Shown here piece after piece: positions 18,936 through 27,868 of a stretch of DNA of 55,173 nucleotides; positions within the stretch are counted from its first letter, which is position 1, and each line of letters opens with the position of its first letter. This DNA is from Candidatus Micrarchaeota archaeon (GTDB taxonomy: Archaea > Micrarchaeota > Micrarchaeia > Anstonellales > Bilamarchaeaceae): positions 1 to 55,173 of the forward strand of contig JAZDKI010000020.1 of assembly GCA_043803165.1 (NCBI GenBank). The letters are read 5' to 3'. The notes beneath the pieces are model-generated. The model did no database searches, was not told the DNA's origin, and saw only the letters and a list, made by a program, of their open reading frames with translations. A program made the position numbers and the translations under genes.

Positions 18936-19232
18936 TCACTTCGTGTGGAATGTTATCGTCGTTTTCGTCTCGGTCTGCTCCCTTATCGCTTTCAGCAGCG
19001 AGAGCACCTCGCTGTCCTTTATCTTCCTTCCCGCGCGCTTGTAGAACATCAGCGCGTTCTTGGCCGCGGTCAGATACAGCTCGTTGTTGGCAAGGGCGAC
19101 GTTCATCATCCGCTCATACGCCGGCTCTTCCAATGCCATGCGGAGGGTGGATTTGAGCTGCTCCTGGGCTTTTTTGGCCTCGAGCTTCTCCTTCCTCACC
19201 TTCTCGAGCCCGTCATCCTCTCCCATCTTCAT
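18936..19232 (-). CDS. PDCD5/TFAR19-like dsDNA-binding protein
   Basis: The product MKMGEDDGLEKVRKEKLEAKKAQEQLKSTLRMALEEPAYERMMNVALANNELY... is family-typical. The start is set at the internal ATG 19232, which forms an ATGA overlap with the rps19e stop. The longer ORF-track version would overlap rps19e. Confidence 0.7.
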   Translation of the reverse strand: MKMGEDDGLEKVRKEKLEAKKAQEQLKSTLRMALEEPAYERMMNVALANNELYLTAAKNALMFYKRAGRKIKDSEVLSLLKAIREQTETKTTITFHTK

Positions 19233-19636
19233 GCGCTCTCTTTGGCCGCCGCGTCGAGGAACTTCCTCCCCTTCGGCGTTAGGATCCTTCCCTGCTTCTG
19301 CTTGGCGAGCAAGCCCGCCTTCTCGAGCTCCTGCATGGCCTTCCTTATCGTCGAGCCTCCGGCCTGGCGGTGGTGCTCGGGCTTGACCCCGCTGCGCTTC
19401 CTTCCGCCATAGTGCCTCCGGAGCCTGTTCGTGCCGGCCGAGTCGTTGACGTATATCTGCCGCAGGATGGAGGCGCACCTCATGAACCAGAAGTTGTCGT
19501 CCTGGGGCGGCCGTGAGGCGTGGGATCCTGTCTTGACAAGCCCGACGAATGCCGGCTTGTGGAGCTTCATCTCCTTGAGCTTCTGCGCTGCCTTCTCTAT
19601 CAGCTTGTTGGGTTCTACATCATATGCTGTGACCAT
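19229..19636 (-). CDS. rps19e: ribosomal protein S19e
   Basis: The sequence MVTAYDVEPNKLIEKAAQKLKE ... RKAMQELEKAGLL is typical S19e. The start is moved to ATG 19636. Confidence 0.85.
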   Translation of the reverse strand: MVTAYDVEPNKLIEKAAQKLKEMKLHKPAFVGLVKTGSHASRPPQDDNFWFMRCASILRQIYVNDSAGTNRLRRHYGGRKRSGVKPEHHRQAGGSTIRKAMQELEKAGLLAKQKQGRILTPKGRKFLDAAAKESA

Positions 19637-19746
19637 ATCTGCACCTCGGTAAGGGCGTATCTGCAACTCTTGCTACGACGTAAAATTGGATACGTTTTGC
19701 AGGTCTAATTTATCCATAACCCTATTAAAATGTATCTTTCGGGCCG

Positions 19747-20148
19747 TCATATCCGCTCGGGCAGGTCCTCCACGGATCCGGGCGATTCCTCCCCCTCATC
19801 CCGGGCGGTCTCCACATCGACGCGCTTCCGCGCCTTCCTCGTCGCCTTGCCCCCGGGTACGTTCAGCAGCATCTGGCTGCCCTTCAATCTCGCCTCGAGC
19901 TCTGCTATCGTTTTCCTGGCCTCGGCGCTGCCTAGGTCATCCGGGGCTATGACCTTGAATATCCTGCATCTGGTTCTGGCCGCGAGCTTGAGATCCGGGT
20001 CCTCCGCCTTCTCCACCGCCACACCGAGGCTGGAGAGCACATCGGGAGGCAGGCATGCTGCGGGGATCCCCCGCCTCTTCGCCTCTATATATAGCGCGCT
20101 GAGCACCAGGGATCGGTATCTCTGCTCTGTTGTGTTCCTCGCTTGCAT
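19747..20148 (-). CDS. hypothetical protein (133 aa)
   Basis: The ORF is divergent from flpA and has a basic/acidic C-terminal tail. I recognise no motif. Confidence 0.5.
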   Translation of the reverse strand: MQARNTTEQRYRSLVLSALYIEAKRRGIPAACLPPDVLSSLGVAVEKAEDPDLKLAARTRCRIFKVIAPDDLGSAEARKTIAELEARLKGSQMLLNVPGGKATRKARKRVDVETARDEGEESPGSVEDLPERI

Positions 20149-20173
20149 ACTATGGAACCCTGTGGCATAGGAG

Positions 20174-20182
20174 ATTAATATA
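20174..20182 (+). promoter_or_regulatory. TATA-like box (ATTAATATA) for flpA
   Basis: The box lies 20 nt upstream of the ATG at 20203. Confidence 0.45.
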
Positions 20183-20202
20183 CTTCCTTACCCAACAAAC
20201 CC

Positions 20203-20859
20203 ATGAAGCAGGTTTTCCCGTCCGTCTATGAGGTAGACGGCCTATTCGCCACGTTGAACGCGGATCCCGGCCGCCAGGTGTACAAGGAGCGGCTAATCAA
20301 GAAAGAAGGTGCGGAGTTCCGCATCTGGGACCCGTTCCGCAGCAAATTGTGCGGGGCGATGAAGAAGGGCCTGAAGAACTTCCCGTTCCTTCCAGGGAGC
20401 AAGGTCCTCTATCTCGGCGCATCGACAGGCACCACGCCATCCCACCTCTCGGATGTCCTCGGGCCGGAAGGGGAGCTGTTCGCGGTCGAGATCGCGCCGC
20501 AGTGCATGAAGACCCTTATCGCGTTATCCGAGCGGAGGAGCAACCTGATCCCGATCCATGCGGATGCCCGCCAGCCAGCGACATACGAGGAGGTCGGTCA
20601 GGTCGATTCCATCTACATGGATGTCGCCCAGCCGGACCAGGACGACATCCTGATCAAGAACGCGAAGATGTTCCTGAAAAAAGACGGCATAGCGATGATC
20701 TGCATCAAGAGCCAGAGCATCGATGTCACAAAGGAACCGAAGGTCGTCTTCGATGCCGTCCTCAAGAAGCTCGGGACCGAATTCGATGTCTTGGAGAAGA
20801 TGAAGCTCGAGCCCTTCGACAAGGACCATCTTTTCGTCGTCCTGCGGTTCAGGGGTTGA
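20203..20859 (+). CDS. flpA: fibrillarin-like rRNA/tRNA 2'-O-methyltransferase
   Basis: The 218-aa product has an SAM motif (VLYLGASTGTTPSHLSD) and family-typical FRIWDPFRSKL and DVAQPDQ. Confidence 0.9.
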   Translation: MKQVFPSVYEVDGLFATLNADPGRQVYKERLIKKEGAEFRIWDPFRSKLCGAMKKGLKNFPFLPGSKVLYLGASTGTTPSHLSDVLGPEGELFAVEIAPQCMKTLIALSERRSNLIPIHADARQPATYEEVGQVDSIYMDVAQPDQDDILIKNAKMFLKKDGIAMICIKSQSIDVTKEPKVVFDAVLKKLGTEFDVLEKMKLEPFDKDHLFVVLRFRG

Positions 20860-21475
20860 TGGCGCAGAGCGCGAGATCCAAGAGGGGCATATAATAGGTC
20901 TCGAGGACCGCCACCCTCTCCGCCTTGTCCTCGCCCAGTTCATGGTATCCGCCGATATCGAACCTGACAAGCCGGCCCTTCGACATCGCGCTCCCGATCC
21001 CGGCATACAAGTCGGAGAGGCCGTTGCTCCCGGTGCTCATCCAGGGAAGCGCGGGGAACCCTTTCAAGAAGTCCAAATCGGTGCTGATGTGCAGCATGCC
21101 ATTGCCCTCGCGCTCGTCATAGGCGGAGAACCACCGCCCGGGGCCGGCGCTATAGCAGACCCTGACGATGACGCCCTCCTTCCTCGAGAAATGGTTGTGG
21201 GAATCATATGCCGGCCCGTCCCCATATTCCGATCCGTCGGGGTGGTTGTCGAAGACATATTTCACCGAGCCCGGGATGTTCAGTATATTGGAGAGGCGGT
21301 GGTTGGTGCCGTCGCCCCAGATCAAAAGCGCCGGTCCGCTTCCGGGGAGCCGCTCGCGTCCCGCTCCGCTGATAGCCTCGCAAAGCAGACGCCCTCCGAA
21401 CCTCTTCTCCGCCCTTTCTGCGGCAAGGGTGCAGAACGGGGTCTGCTGGTAAAACAAGAGAGCCTTCGTCATCAT
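20849..21475 (-). CDS. ureohydrolase (arginase/agmatinase)-fold-like protein, divergent; start uncertain
   Basis: Degenerate family blocks are present: IWGDGTNH (cf. GGDHS), VFDNHPD (cf. DAHxD) and HISTDLDFL (cf. SxDxDxxDP). The ORF-track N-terminus (to 21787) lies antisense to a genuine PAS domain, so an internal ATG (21475/21472 or 21559) is more likely. Confidence 0.45.
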   Translation of the reverse strand: MMTKALLFYQQTPFCTLAAERAEKRFGGRLLCEAISGAGRERLPGSGPALLIWGDGTNHRLSNILNIPGSVKYVFDNHPDGSEYGDGPAYDSHNHFSRKEGVIVRVCYSAGPGRWFSAYDEREGNGMLHISTDLDFLKGFPALPWMSTGSNGLSDLYAGIGSAMSKGRLVRFDIGGYHELGEDKAERVAVLETYYMPLLDLALCAINP

Positions 21476-21550
21476 CCCGGTTTTATCTAGAAAGTGTTTA
21501 GATCCGATTGCCTGCGATAGGATAATAAACCGCCCCGGAGATTCGATTCC

Positions 21551-23431
21551 GTGGCGCATCAAAGCCGGAGAAACGGGATTCTGCAAGAGCGCAAAAAGGT
21601 GGAATGCGAAGCCTTTTTGGGCTACGACAGATCTAGGAGATACCTGGATCTTGCGGGTGTCATGATCGTGGCCATCGACCGTAAAGGCCGGGTCACCCTG
21701 ATAAATCGGAAAGGATGCGAGCTTCTCGGTTTTCCGCAGAAGGATGTCATAGGCAAGGATTGGTTCGGCAATTTCATACCCGCGCACGAACGGAGCAAGG
21801 TAAGATCTGTTTTCCGGCGGATCGTGTCGGGCAGGCTAAGGATGGCCGAGCGGTTCGAGAACGCAGTGCTCACCCGGAGCGGCAAGGAGCGCCTCATATC
21901 CTGGCACAACACGCTCATCAAAGACAAGCAGGGCCGGTTCGTCTCCACTCTAAGCAGCGGCGAAGACATCACAGACCTTCGGAAGGTCGAAAACTCCCTC
22001 AAGGAGAGCGAAGAGAAATTCCGGCGGATGGTCGAGAGCGACCCGGACATGGTGATGCTCACCGATCCGGACGGCACGATCTCGTACCTCAGCCCGGCAT
22101 GCAGGAAGGTCATCGGATGGGACCCTAAGGATCTTGTCGGAAGGAAGGCCACCGTGACATACCCCGAAGACAGGAAGATGGTATTCGCCGCCCTCTCATC
22201 CGCCCTCCGGGGCAAAAGCGGCTACGATCTGCAGTACCGCATCCTGACCAAGGACGGCCGGGTCAAATGGGTGTCGCATACCTGGTCCCCCATCATGGTC
22301 GAAGGGAGGTTCGCGCGGGTCGTGAGCGTGGTCCGCGACATCACCGAGCACAAGGAGGACGAGGACCGGCTGAAGGAAAGCGAAGAGCGCTACCGCCTGC
22401 TTGTCGAGATGTCTCCGGACGCCGTCGTGGTGCATGACGGGAAGAAGGTCCTCTTCGCGAATCCGGCGGCGGTATCCCTGATCGGCGCGAAAAAAGCCTC
22501 GGATCTGGTCGGGCGCGATGTCATGAGCCTCGTCCATCCGGACTATCGCGTCAAGGTCCGGGGGCGCATCAAGACCCAGAGGCGCGGGCATGGCGTCCCT
22601 TTGATGGAGGAGAGATTCCTGCGCATCGACGGCACGCCGATAGACGTGGGCGTCTCCGCTTCGCCTATCTTCTATGGGGGCATGAAGGCGATGATGGTCG
22701 TGTTCCGGGACATCAGCGAGCAGAAGCGCTATGAAGACGGCCTGCGCCTTCAGAAGGAGAAGGTCGAAGAGATGTCCATCATGCGGGAGCGCTTCTTGGC
22801 CGATATCGCCCACGAACTCAAGACGCCCCTAAGCGTCATCATGCTCAACCTGGCGATGATGAAGAAGATGCAGAGCAAGCCGCTATGCGACCTCGCCCCT
22901 GTGAATGCCCTCCTTTGGAGGAACGTCAAGCGCATCAGCACCTCCATAGACCAGATCATGCAGTTCACCGCGAGGGACTCGATAACGGTCCGTAAGAGGG
23001 ATTTCGATGTCGCGGACATGATGAGGGGCATCCTGAACGATTACGCTCCCCTCGCCCGCTCGAAGGGCCTGTCCTTCCAATTCAAAGGGAAAAAGCTGAG
23101 AATCGAGTCAGACCCGCGCCTGCTTTCCGCCGCGGTGAGCAACCTTGTCAGCAATGCGATAAAATTCACATCGGAAGGCCGGGTGCGGGTCTTGTGGGGG
23201 GCATCCGGCCCTGACCTTGTGATATCCGTCTCCGATACCGGCAGCGGCATCAGCCCGCAGAACCGGGGGAACATCTTCGAGATGTTCTACAAGGAGAACC
23301 ATGACGCCCCGGGCTCCGGGATCGGCCTCTCGCTCTCCGCGGAATTCGTCAGGCGGATGGGCGGAAAGATGACGTTCCGCTCGGAATTGGGCGAAGGGAG
23401 CACATTCACTATCACGATACCCAGAAGGTGA
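21551..23431 (+). CDS. multi-PAS sensor histidine kinase
   Basis: Three PAS-like modules are followed by an H-box (FLADIAHELKTPLSVI) and HATPase N/G boxes (NLVSNAIKFT, DTGSGI, GSGIGLSL). The start (GTG 21551) is uncertain. Confidence 0.85.
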   Translation: MAHQSRRNGILQERKKVECEAFLGYDRSRRYLDLAGVMIVAIDRKGRVTLINRKGCELLGFPQKDVIGKDWFGNFIPAHERSKVRSVFRRIVSGRLRMAERFENAVLTRSGKERLISWHNTLIKDKQGRFVSTLSSGEDITDLRKVENSLKESEEKFRRMVESDPDMVMLTDPDGTISYLSPACRKVIGWDPKDLVGRKATVTYPEDRKMVFAALSSALRGKSGYDLQYRILTKDGRVKWVSHTWSPIMVEGRFARVVSVVRDITEHKEDEDRLKESEERYRLLVEMSPDAVVVHDGKKVLFANPAAVSLIGAKKASDLVGRDVMSLVHPDYRVKVRGRIKTQRRGHGVPLMEERFLRIDGTPIDVGVSASPIFYGGMKAMMVVFRDISEQKRYEDGLRLQKEKVEEMSIMRERFLADIAHELKTPLSVIMLNLAMMKKMQSKPLCDLAPVNALLWRNVKRISTSIDQIMQFTARDSITVRKRDFDVADMMRGILNDYAPLARSKGLSFQFKGKKLRIESDPRLLSAAVSNLVSNAIKFTSEGRVRVLWGASGPDLVISVSDTGSGISPQNRGNIFEMFYKENHDAPGSGIGLSLSAEFVRRMGGKMTFRSELGEGSTFTITIPRR

Positions 23432-23437
23432 AACCCG

Positions 23438-23800
23438 ATGAAAAAAAAGATATTGATAATCGAGGACGAGCCTGATGTCGCGGACACGATCAAGATGTAC
23501 CTGGAGCAGGCGGGCTATCTGGCGGATTTCACGCTCGATGCCCAAGAGGGGCTCAGGATGCTCCCAAAATACGACCTGCTCCTCCTGGACCTGATAATGC
23601 CGAAAGTCTCCGGCAGGGCCGTCCTCAAGGAGATGAAGGCGAAGAAGATAAGCAAGCCGGTCGTCGTCCTCAGCGCGGTGACGATGCCGATGGTGGTCAG
23701 CGCAGAGCTGTCCAAGGAATACCCGGATATGGTTTTCGTGCCCAAGACCGCGATGTACTCCGACTTGATCCCGGCGATAAAGAAAGCGCTCGGAGGATGA
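23438..23800 (+). CDS. single-domain response regulator (receiver)
   Basis: The 120-aa product has KILIIEDEP, the phospho-acceptor context LLLLDLIMPKVSG and the conserved K (VFVPKT). It starts 7 nt after the kinase stop. Confidence 0.85.
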   Translation: MKKKILIIEDEPDVADTIKMYLEQAGYLADFTLDAQEGLRMLPKYDLLLLDLIMPKVSGRAVLKEMKAKKISKPVVVLSAVTMPMVVSAELSKEYPDMVFVPKTAMYSDLIPAIKKALGG

Positions 23801-23810
23801 CGGGCTGGCC

Positions 23811-24236
23811 CTAGAACCTCTGCAGGTTCAGGCCGGTCTCCTCGTCATGCTCGCGCCTTATCGCGATCCCGTGCATCAGCAGCACCAATTCGCATGTCGG
23901 CCTTATCTCGGCCTTCATCAGATGCCCGGATACCGTGGAGAAATCCCTCATGCTCATGGCCACATGGAGGTGCGGGACGGCCTCCCCGTCTTTCATCGCG
24001 ACATTCCCTGAGAGCGAGACTATCTCGAGCTTGCCCTCCAGCTTCCTCACATGATACTCCTTCGTGTCCGGGTCGTAATGAGCTATCTCCGCCTTCTTCG
24101 CCGCGCCTATTCCGCTCACCAACGCTCCAGACACCTTCTCTTTCGCGCACAATGCCTTGAGCGATGAGATGAGCTCGTCCCCCTGATCAAAGCGTATCGC
24201 TATCGCATCCCCTTTCCGCCTGTATTCCAAGTTCAC
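23811..24236 (-). CDS. PPC/DUF296-domain protein
   Basis: The sequence GDELISSLKALCAKEKVSGALVSGIGA ... LEIVSLSGNVA ... PHLHVAMS ... GHL is typical of the PPC (DUF296) fold. The start is set at GTG 24236, which forms a GTGA overlap with the pyrI stop. Confidence 0.6.
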   Translation of the reverse strand: MNLEYRRKGDAIAIRFDQGDELISSLKALCAKEKVSGALVSGIGAAKKAEIAHYDPDTKEYHVRKLEGKLEIVSLSGNVAMKDGEAVPHLHVAMSMRDFSTVSGHLMKAEIRPTCELVLLMHGIAIRREHDEETGLNLQRF

Positions 24237-24661
24237 ACCAGCTCTTCCGCCTTGAAAAGCCTCTCGCAGTAGTGGCAGCGGTAGCGCTCGTCGCCCTCTT
24301 TGGTGAAGCGGGTCTTGGCCCCTTCGCCCGTTATGCAATTCGGGTTCGAGCACCGCGCGAGCCCGCTGATCTCGCGGGGCAGCTCGACATTGAACTTCTT
24401 CTCGAGCTTCCCGCCCTTGACGATGTTCACGGTGGCCCCGGGCGAGACGAGGGCTATCATGTTGGCCGCCTCCTCGGTGACGACCTTGCCCTCTATCTTG
24501 AGTATGTCTTTCGTCTTCATCTTCTTGCTCGGCACATTGAGCATCATCGCCACCCGATGCGGGTAGTCCTCGCCTATGTGGAGGAGCCTCATGACCTTGC
24601 CCGCCTTGCCCGCCCGGATATGGTCCACCACTGTCCCCATCTCGATCTTGTCGACCTGCAT
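24233..24661 (-). CDS. pyrI: aspartate carbamoyltransferase regulatory subunit
   Basis: The 142-aa product has IEMGTVVDHI and a C-terminal Zn domain (CSNPNCI ... CHYCE). It lies directly downstream of pyrB. Confidence 0.9.
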   Translation of the reverse strand: MQVDKIEMGTVVDHIRAGKAGKVMRLLHIGEDYPHRVAMMLNVPSKKMKTKDILKIEGKVVTEEAANMIALVSPGATVNIVKGGKLEKKFNVELPREISGLARCSNPNCITGEGAKTRFTKEGDERYRCHYCERLFKAEELV

Positions 24662-24665
24662 AGCA

Positions 24666-25574
24666 TCACCTCAAAGCGTATTCCAAAATGGCCTGCCGCA
24701 CCGGCACACCGTTGTGCGCCTGCTCGAAATATCTCGCCTGCTTCATCGTGTCTATCGCGCCCTCGATCTCGTTTATCTTGGGGAGCGGGTGCAATATGAC
24801 CAGGTCCTCTTTGGCATCCACGAGGTCCGCCTTCCTTATCATGAACCTCTCGGTGACCCTTTTGGCTTCCAGGGGGTCTGCGAACCTCTCCTGCTGTATC
24901 CTGCAGACATATAGCACATCCGCATCCGAGAAAGACGGCTCGTTCTTGACATTTATCTTCGCCTTGAACCGCTCTTCGAGCTCCTTGACATAAGCCGGGT
25001 CCATCTCGAGCCCTTGGGGGGAGATCAGCGTCACCCTGGCCTCGAACATCGCCAGGGCATAAGCGAGCGACCTCATCGTCCTCGCATGCTTGAGGTCCCC
25101 GAAGAGCGTCACATTGAGCCCCTTGATCCTTCCCTTGGCCCTCCTGATGGAATAAAGGTCGATCAATGTCTGCGTGGGGTGCTGGTTGCCACCGTCCCCG
25201 CCGTTTATCACCGGCTTGTCTATTATATCGGCGGCTAAGCGCGCCGAGCCTTCCTTAGGGTGCCTGACAACGAGCACGTCCGCATATCCGGTGACCGTCC
25301 TTATCGTGTCCTCGAACGACTCGCCCTTTTTCAGCGAGCTTGTCTCCGGGAGGAAATCGATGTATTCCATGCCCGAGCGCAGTGCCGCGGACTGGAAGGA
25401 CAGCTTGGTCCTTGTCGACGGCTCGAAGAACAGCGTCGCGAGCACCTTGCCATCCACGTTCGGCTTTTTCTTGCCCTTGTGTATGGCTTCCGCGCTGTCG
25501 AGAATCGACTCTATATCCCCCTTTCCCATGTCCCGAATCGAAATGACGTCCATGTCACTACCTCTCCCTGCCAT
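24666..25574 (-). CDS. pyrB: aspartate carbamoyltransferase catalytic subunit
   Basis: Signatures present: FFEPSTRTKLSF, HPTQ, HPLPK and the LxxxxP pattern. The start may instead be the internal MDVISIRD (25553). Confidence 0.9.
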   Translation of the reverse strand: MAGRGSDMDVISIRDMGKGDIESILDSAEAIHKGKKKPNVDGKVLATLFFEPSTRTKLSFQSAALRSGMEYIDFLPETSSLKKGESFEDTIRTVTGYADVLVVRHPKEGSARLAADIIDKPVINGGDGGNQHPTQTLIDLYSIRRAKGRIKGLNVTLFGDLKHARTMRSLAYALAMFEARVTLISPQGLEMDPAYVKELEERFKAKINVKNEPSFSDADVLYVCRIQQERFADPLEAKRVTERFMIRKADLVDAKEDLVILHPLPKINEIEGAIDTMKQARYFEQAHNGVPVRQAILEYALR

Positions 25575-25648
25575 ATCTTAGAAATAAACTTTATAATGGA
25601 TGGGTAGGACGGATGCGCGCGCCGAAGCGGGTCCGCCCCTAAGGTTTT

Positions 25649-25656
25649 TTTAATAT
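25649..25656 (+). promoter_or_regulatory. TATA-like box (TTTAATAT)
   Basis: The box lies 19 nt upstream of the ATG at 25676. Confidence 0.4.
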
Positions 25657-25675
25657 TGGCTAAGTCTATCTGGGC

Positions 25676-27856
25676 ATGAAACCGATATCGTTCGTCTTCT
25701 TGTCGATGCTTTTATTCGCGGGGCTTGCCTACTGCGCTCCGGCCATCCAGAACGTGACCAGCTGCATAAACATCACCGGCTCAGGCGAATACCGCCTCAT
25801 CTCGGACCTGGCCGGCGCTCCGAACCCCGGCTCCCCATTCTTCGATTGGGCATGCATCATGATCTCGACCAGCAACGTGATCCTGGACTGCCAGGGCCAT
25901 TCCCTGACCGGGACCGGTTTCGGGGCGGGGGTCAATGCATATGAAGGGCTCGGCCCCCTGCGCGGGATCATGGTCAAGAACTGCCACATCACCGGATATG
26001 ACTACGGGATAGGATTCGAGATGGTGAACAACAGTTACATCGAAGAAAATACGCTTTTCGATAACAACATGGCCAACATCCGGCTAGAAGACAGGTGCAA
26101 CGATAATCAGATCACCGACAACATCGCTTATGGCGCTAGGGACTGCTATCAGGTAGTCACCAACTCTAACCGGAACCTGCTCGCGAGCGATATAGCCCAC
26201 GACTGCGATTACGGTTTCTCCATCTATAATAGCCTGGACAACAATATCACAAGCTGCACGGCTTACCGCAATCCGGAATACGGGTTCTTCGAGCGCTTCG
26301 GCTTCGGCGGCCCGGTGGGCACCGTAGCTACGACCATCCTCGATTCAAGGTTCTATGACAACGGCTGGGAGATAGGGCAGGCCTCGGCTTACGGCCACAC
26401 CTTCACGATGACCAATACCACCTTGGGGAGCAGGTCCGTGACGATCTCACTGACCGACCGCTCCACATCCCCAAGCACCCCGGTCCCCCTTCCGGCATAC
26501 ACGATCAACGAGACATACCTCTACAACACGCCACCGGACGGCTACATGTCTTTCCTGAACAAGTACATCAAGGTCTATTACGACGAGGATATCCTTTTGG
26601 ATTCCTTGACGTTCCACTACACCGCCGCGGAGATCGCGCCTTACAACGAATCCAGCCTGAAGGTCTTCGTCTGGGACGGGACGGCGTGGGTAGAGCCCAG
26701 TCAGACATTCGACATGCGCGCGAGGACGATAAACCTCGCGGGCCTGACCAACCTCACCCTAGATGACTACTACGGCCTCTTCGTCGAGGCGATACCATCC
26801 GAACCTGATGATGACGGCGCGGGCCGGAAGATGTTGGATCTCTCTGCTTCCGCCTCATGCGACGGGATATCCGTATCGGTCGAGAGCGGCGGAGAGCCGA
26901 TAGACGGGGCGTCTGTCGTGGCCTTCGATGCCGAGAGCCTCTATGATATGGCCTCCGGGAGGACCGTCGATGGCACATACTCATTCGACGCATGCGACCG
27001 GACCGTGCGCGTGCGGGCATCGAAAGAAGGCTACAGCTCTGACGCCCTGACGATCACATCCGTCCCATGCGTGCAATGCCTGCCGGGCAAGGCCTGCAAA
27101 ACGGATGGCGACTGCCCGTCCGATCAAACGTGCGCCGGGCAAAGGTGCGCCGAGCTGGACTGCGGCTGCGGGTATCCGGAAGGCCACCAGTGCGTGCCGC
27201 TCCCCTGCTGCTCAGACCTGGACTGCCAAAGCGGGGAGAGGTGCCTAGACAATGACTGCGTTCCAGAATGCATCCCCCCCGTCTGCTGCACCTCCTCAGG
27301 CCAATGCGCAGGCATCGAATACTGCACGGTCGGAGCCACGGCCGCTGAAGGCTCCTGCCAGCCCGTCGCTGGGTGCGGCGAGGCGAAGGACCATGCGCTC
27401 GTGCCATATGAATGCGGCACAGCGCCTGGATGCCCGTCCTGCCCGCAGGGTGAATACTGCGTCTCCGATATCTGCTCATCCGGGCGCCTTTCAGCCTCCG
27501 GCCTGAGCGCGGTGGGCGAAGAGCTTGAGATCGATGCGGAAGCCGACGGCTCATCTTGCGGGGGCTGCCAGATCCAGGTGACCGACCCCTCTGGCGCCAG
27601 ATCCACATTGACGACCGACCCGTCAGGGAAGGCGTTCCTTCCCCTGTCCAAGCCCGGCAAATACAGCCTGGCTTTGCTCAAAGACGGCATGCCCATAGGG
27701 ACACTCGATGTGGATGCGGCATCAGCAGGGGACGAAACGCCCGAGCCGCCTGTTCAGGGCGGACCGGACCTGGTGCCGATAGTCGGAGGCCTGCTCCTGC
27801 TCGGCACTATCGCCTTGGGCGTCTTCTACCTCCTCGGCAAGGGAGCGAAGAAATAA
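25676..27856 (+). CDS. secreted parallel beta-helix (NosD-like repeat) surface protein with Cys-rich stalk and C-terminal TM anchor
   Basis: An N-terminal signal helix is followed by repeated N/D/G-rich roughly 22-aa turns (NCHITGYDYGIGF, NNSYIEENTLFDN, ITDNIAYGA, ...). A Cys-rich block spans about 27068-27476. The C-terminal hydrophobic helix plus basic tail is IVGGLLLLGTIALGVFYLLGKGAKK. Confidence 0.75.
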   Translation: MKPISFVFLSMLLFAGLAYCAPAIQNVTSCINITGSGEYRLISDLAGAPNPGSPFFDWACIMISTSNVILDCQGHSLTGTGFGAGVNAYEGLGPLRGIMVKNCHITGYDYGIGFEMVNNSYIEENTLFDNNMANIRLEDRCNDNQITDNIAYGARDCYQVVTNSNRNLLASDIAHDCDYGFSIYNSLDNNITSCTAYRNPEYGFFERFGFGGPVGTVATTILDSRFYDNGWEIGQASAYGHTFTMTNTTLGSRSVTISLTDRSTSPSTPVPLPAYTINETYLYNTPPDGYMSFLNKYIKVYYDEDILLDSLTFHYTAAEIAPYNESSLKVFVWDGTAWVEPSQTFDMRARTINLAGLTNLTLDDYYGLFVEAIPSEPDDDGAGRKMLDLSASASCDGISVSVESGGEPIDGASVVAFDAESLYDMASGRTVDGTYSFDACDRTVRVRASKEGYSSDALTITSVPCVQCLPGKACKTDGDCPSDQTCAGQRCAELDCGCGYPEGHQCVPLPCCSDLDCQSGERCLDNDCVPECIPPVCCTSSGQCAGIEYCTVGATAAEGSCQPVAGCGEAKDHALVPYECGTAPGCPSCPQGEYCVSDICSSGRLSASGLSAVGEELEIDAEADGSSCGGCQIQVTDPSGARSTLTTDPSGKAFLPLSKPGKYSLALLKDGMPIGTLDVDAASAGDETPEPPVQGGPDLVPIVGGLLLLGTIALGVFYLLGKGAKK

Positions 27857-27868
27857 TCCGGTGGGACG

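Noticed and set aside
19233-19478. N-terminal extensions in the ORF track (PDCD5-like to 19478, ftsY to 16922, rps19e to 19666, nitroreductase to 45025, PPC protein to 24353).
   Set aside because: The extensions overlap upstream genes or add non-homologous basic or Pro-rich leaders. Internal starts give family-typical N-termini and 4-nt coupling overlaps.
27760-27856. The C-terminus of the beta-helix protein as a PGF-CTERM/archaeosortase sorting signal.
   Set aside because: A TM helix plus basic tail is present, but the PGF tripeptide is absent (the sequence is PIVGG). It is called only a C-terminal anchor.
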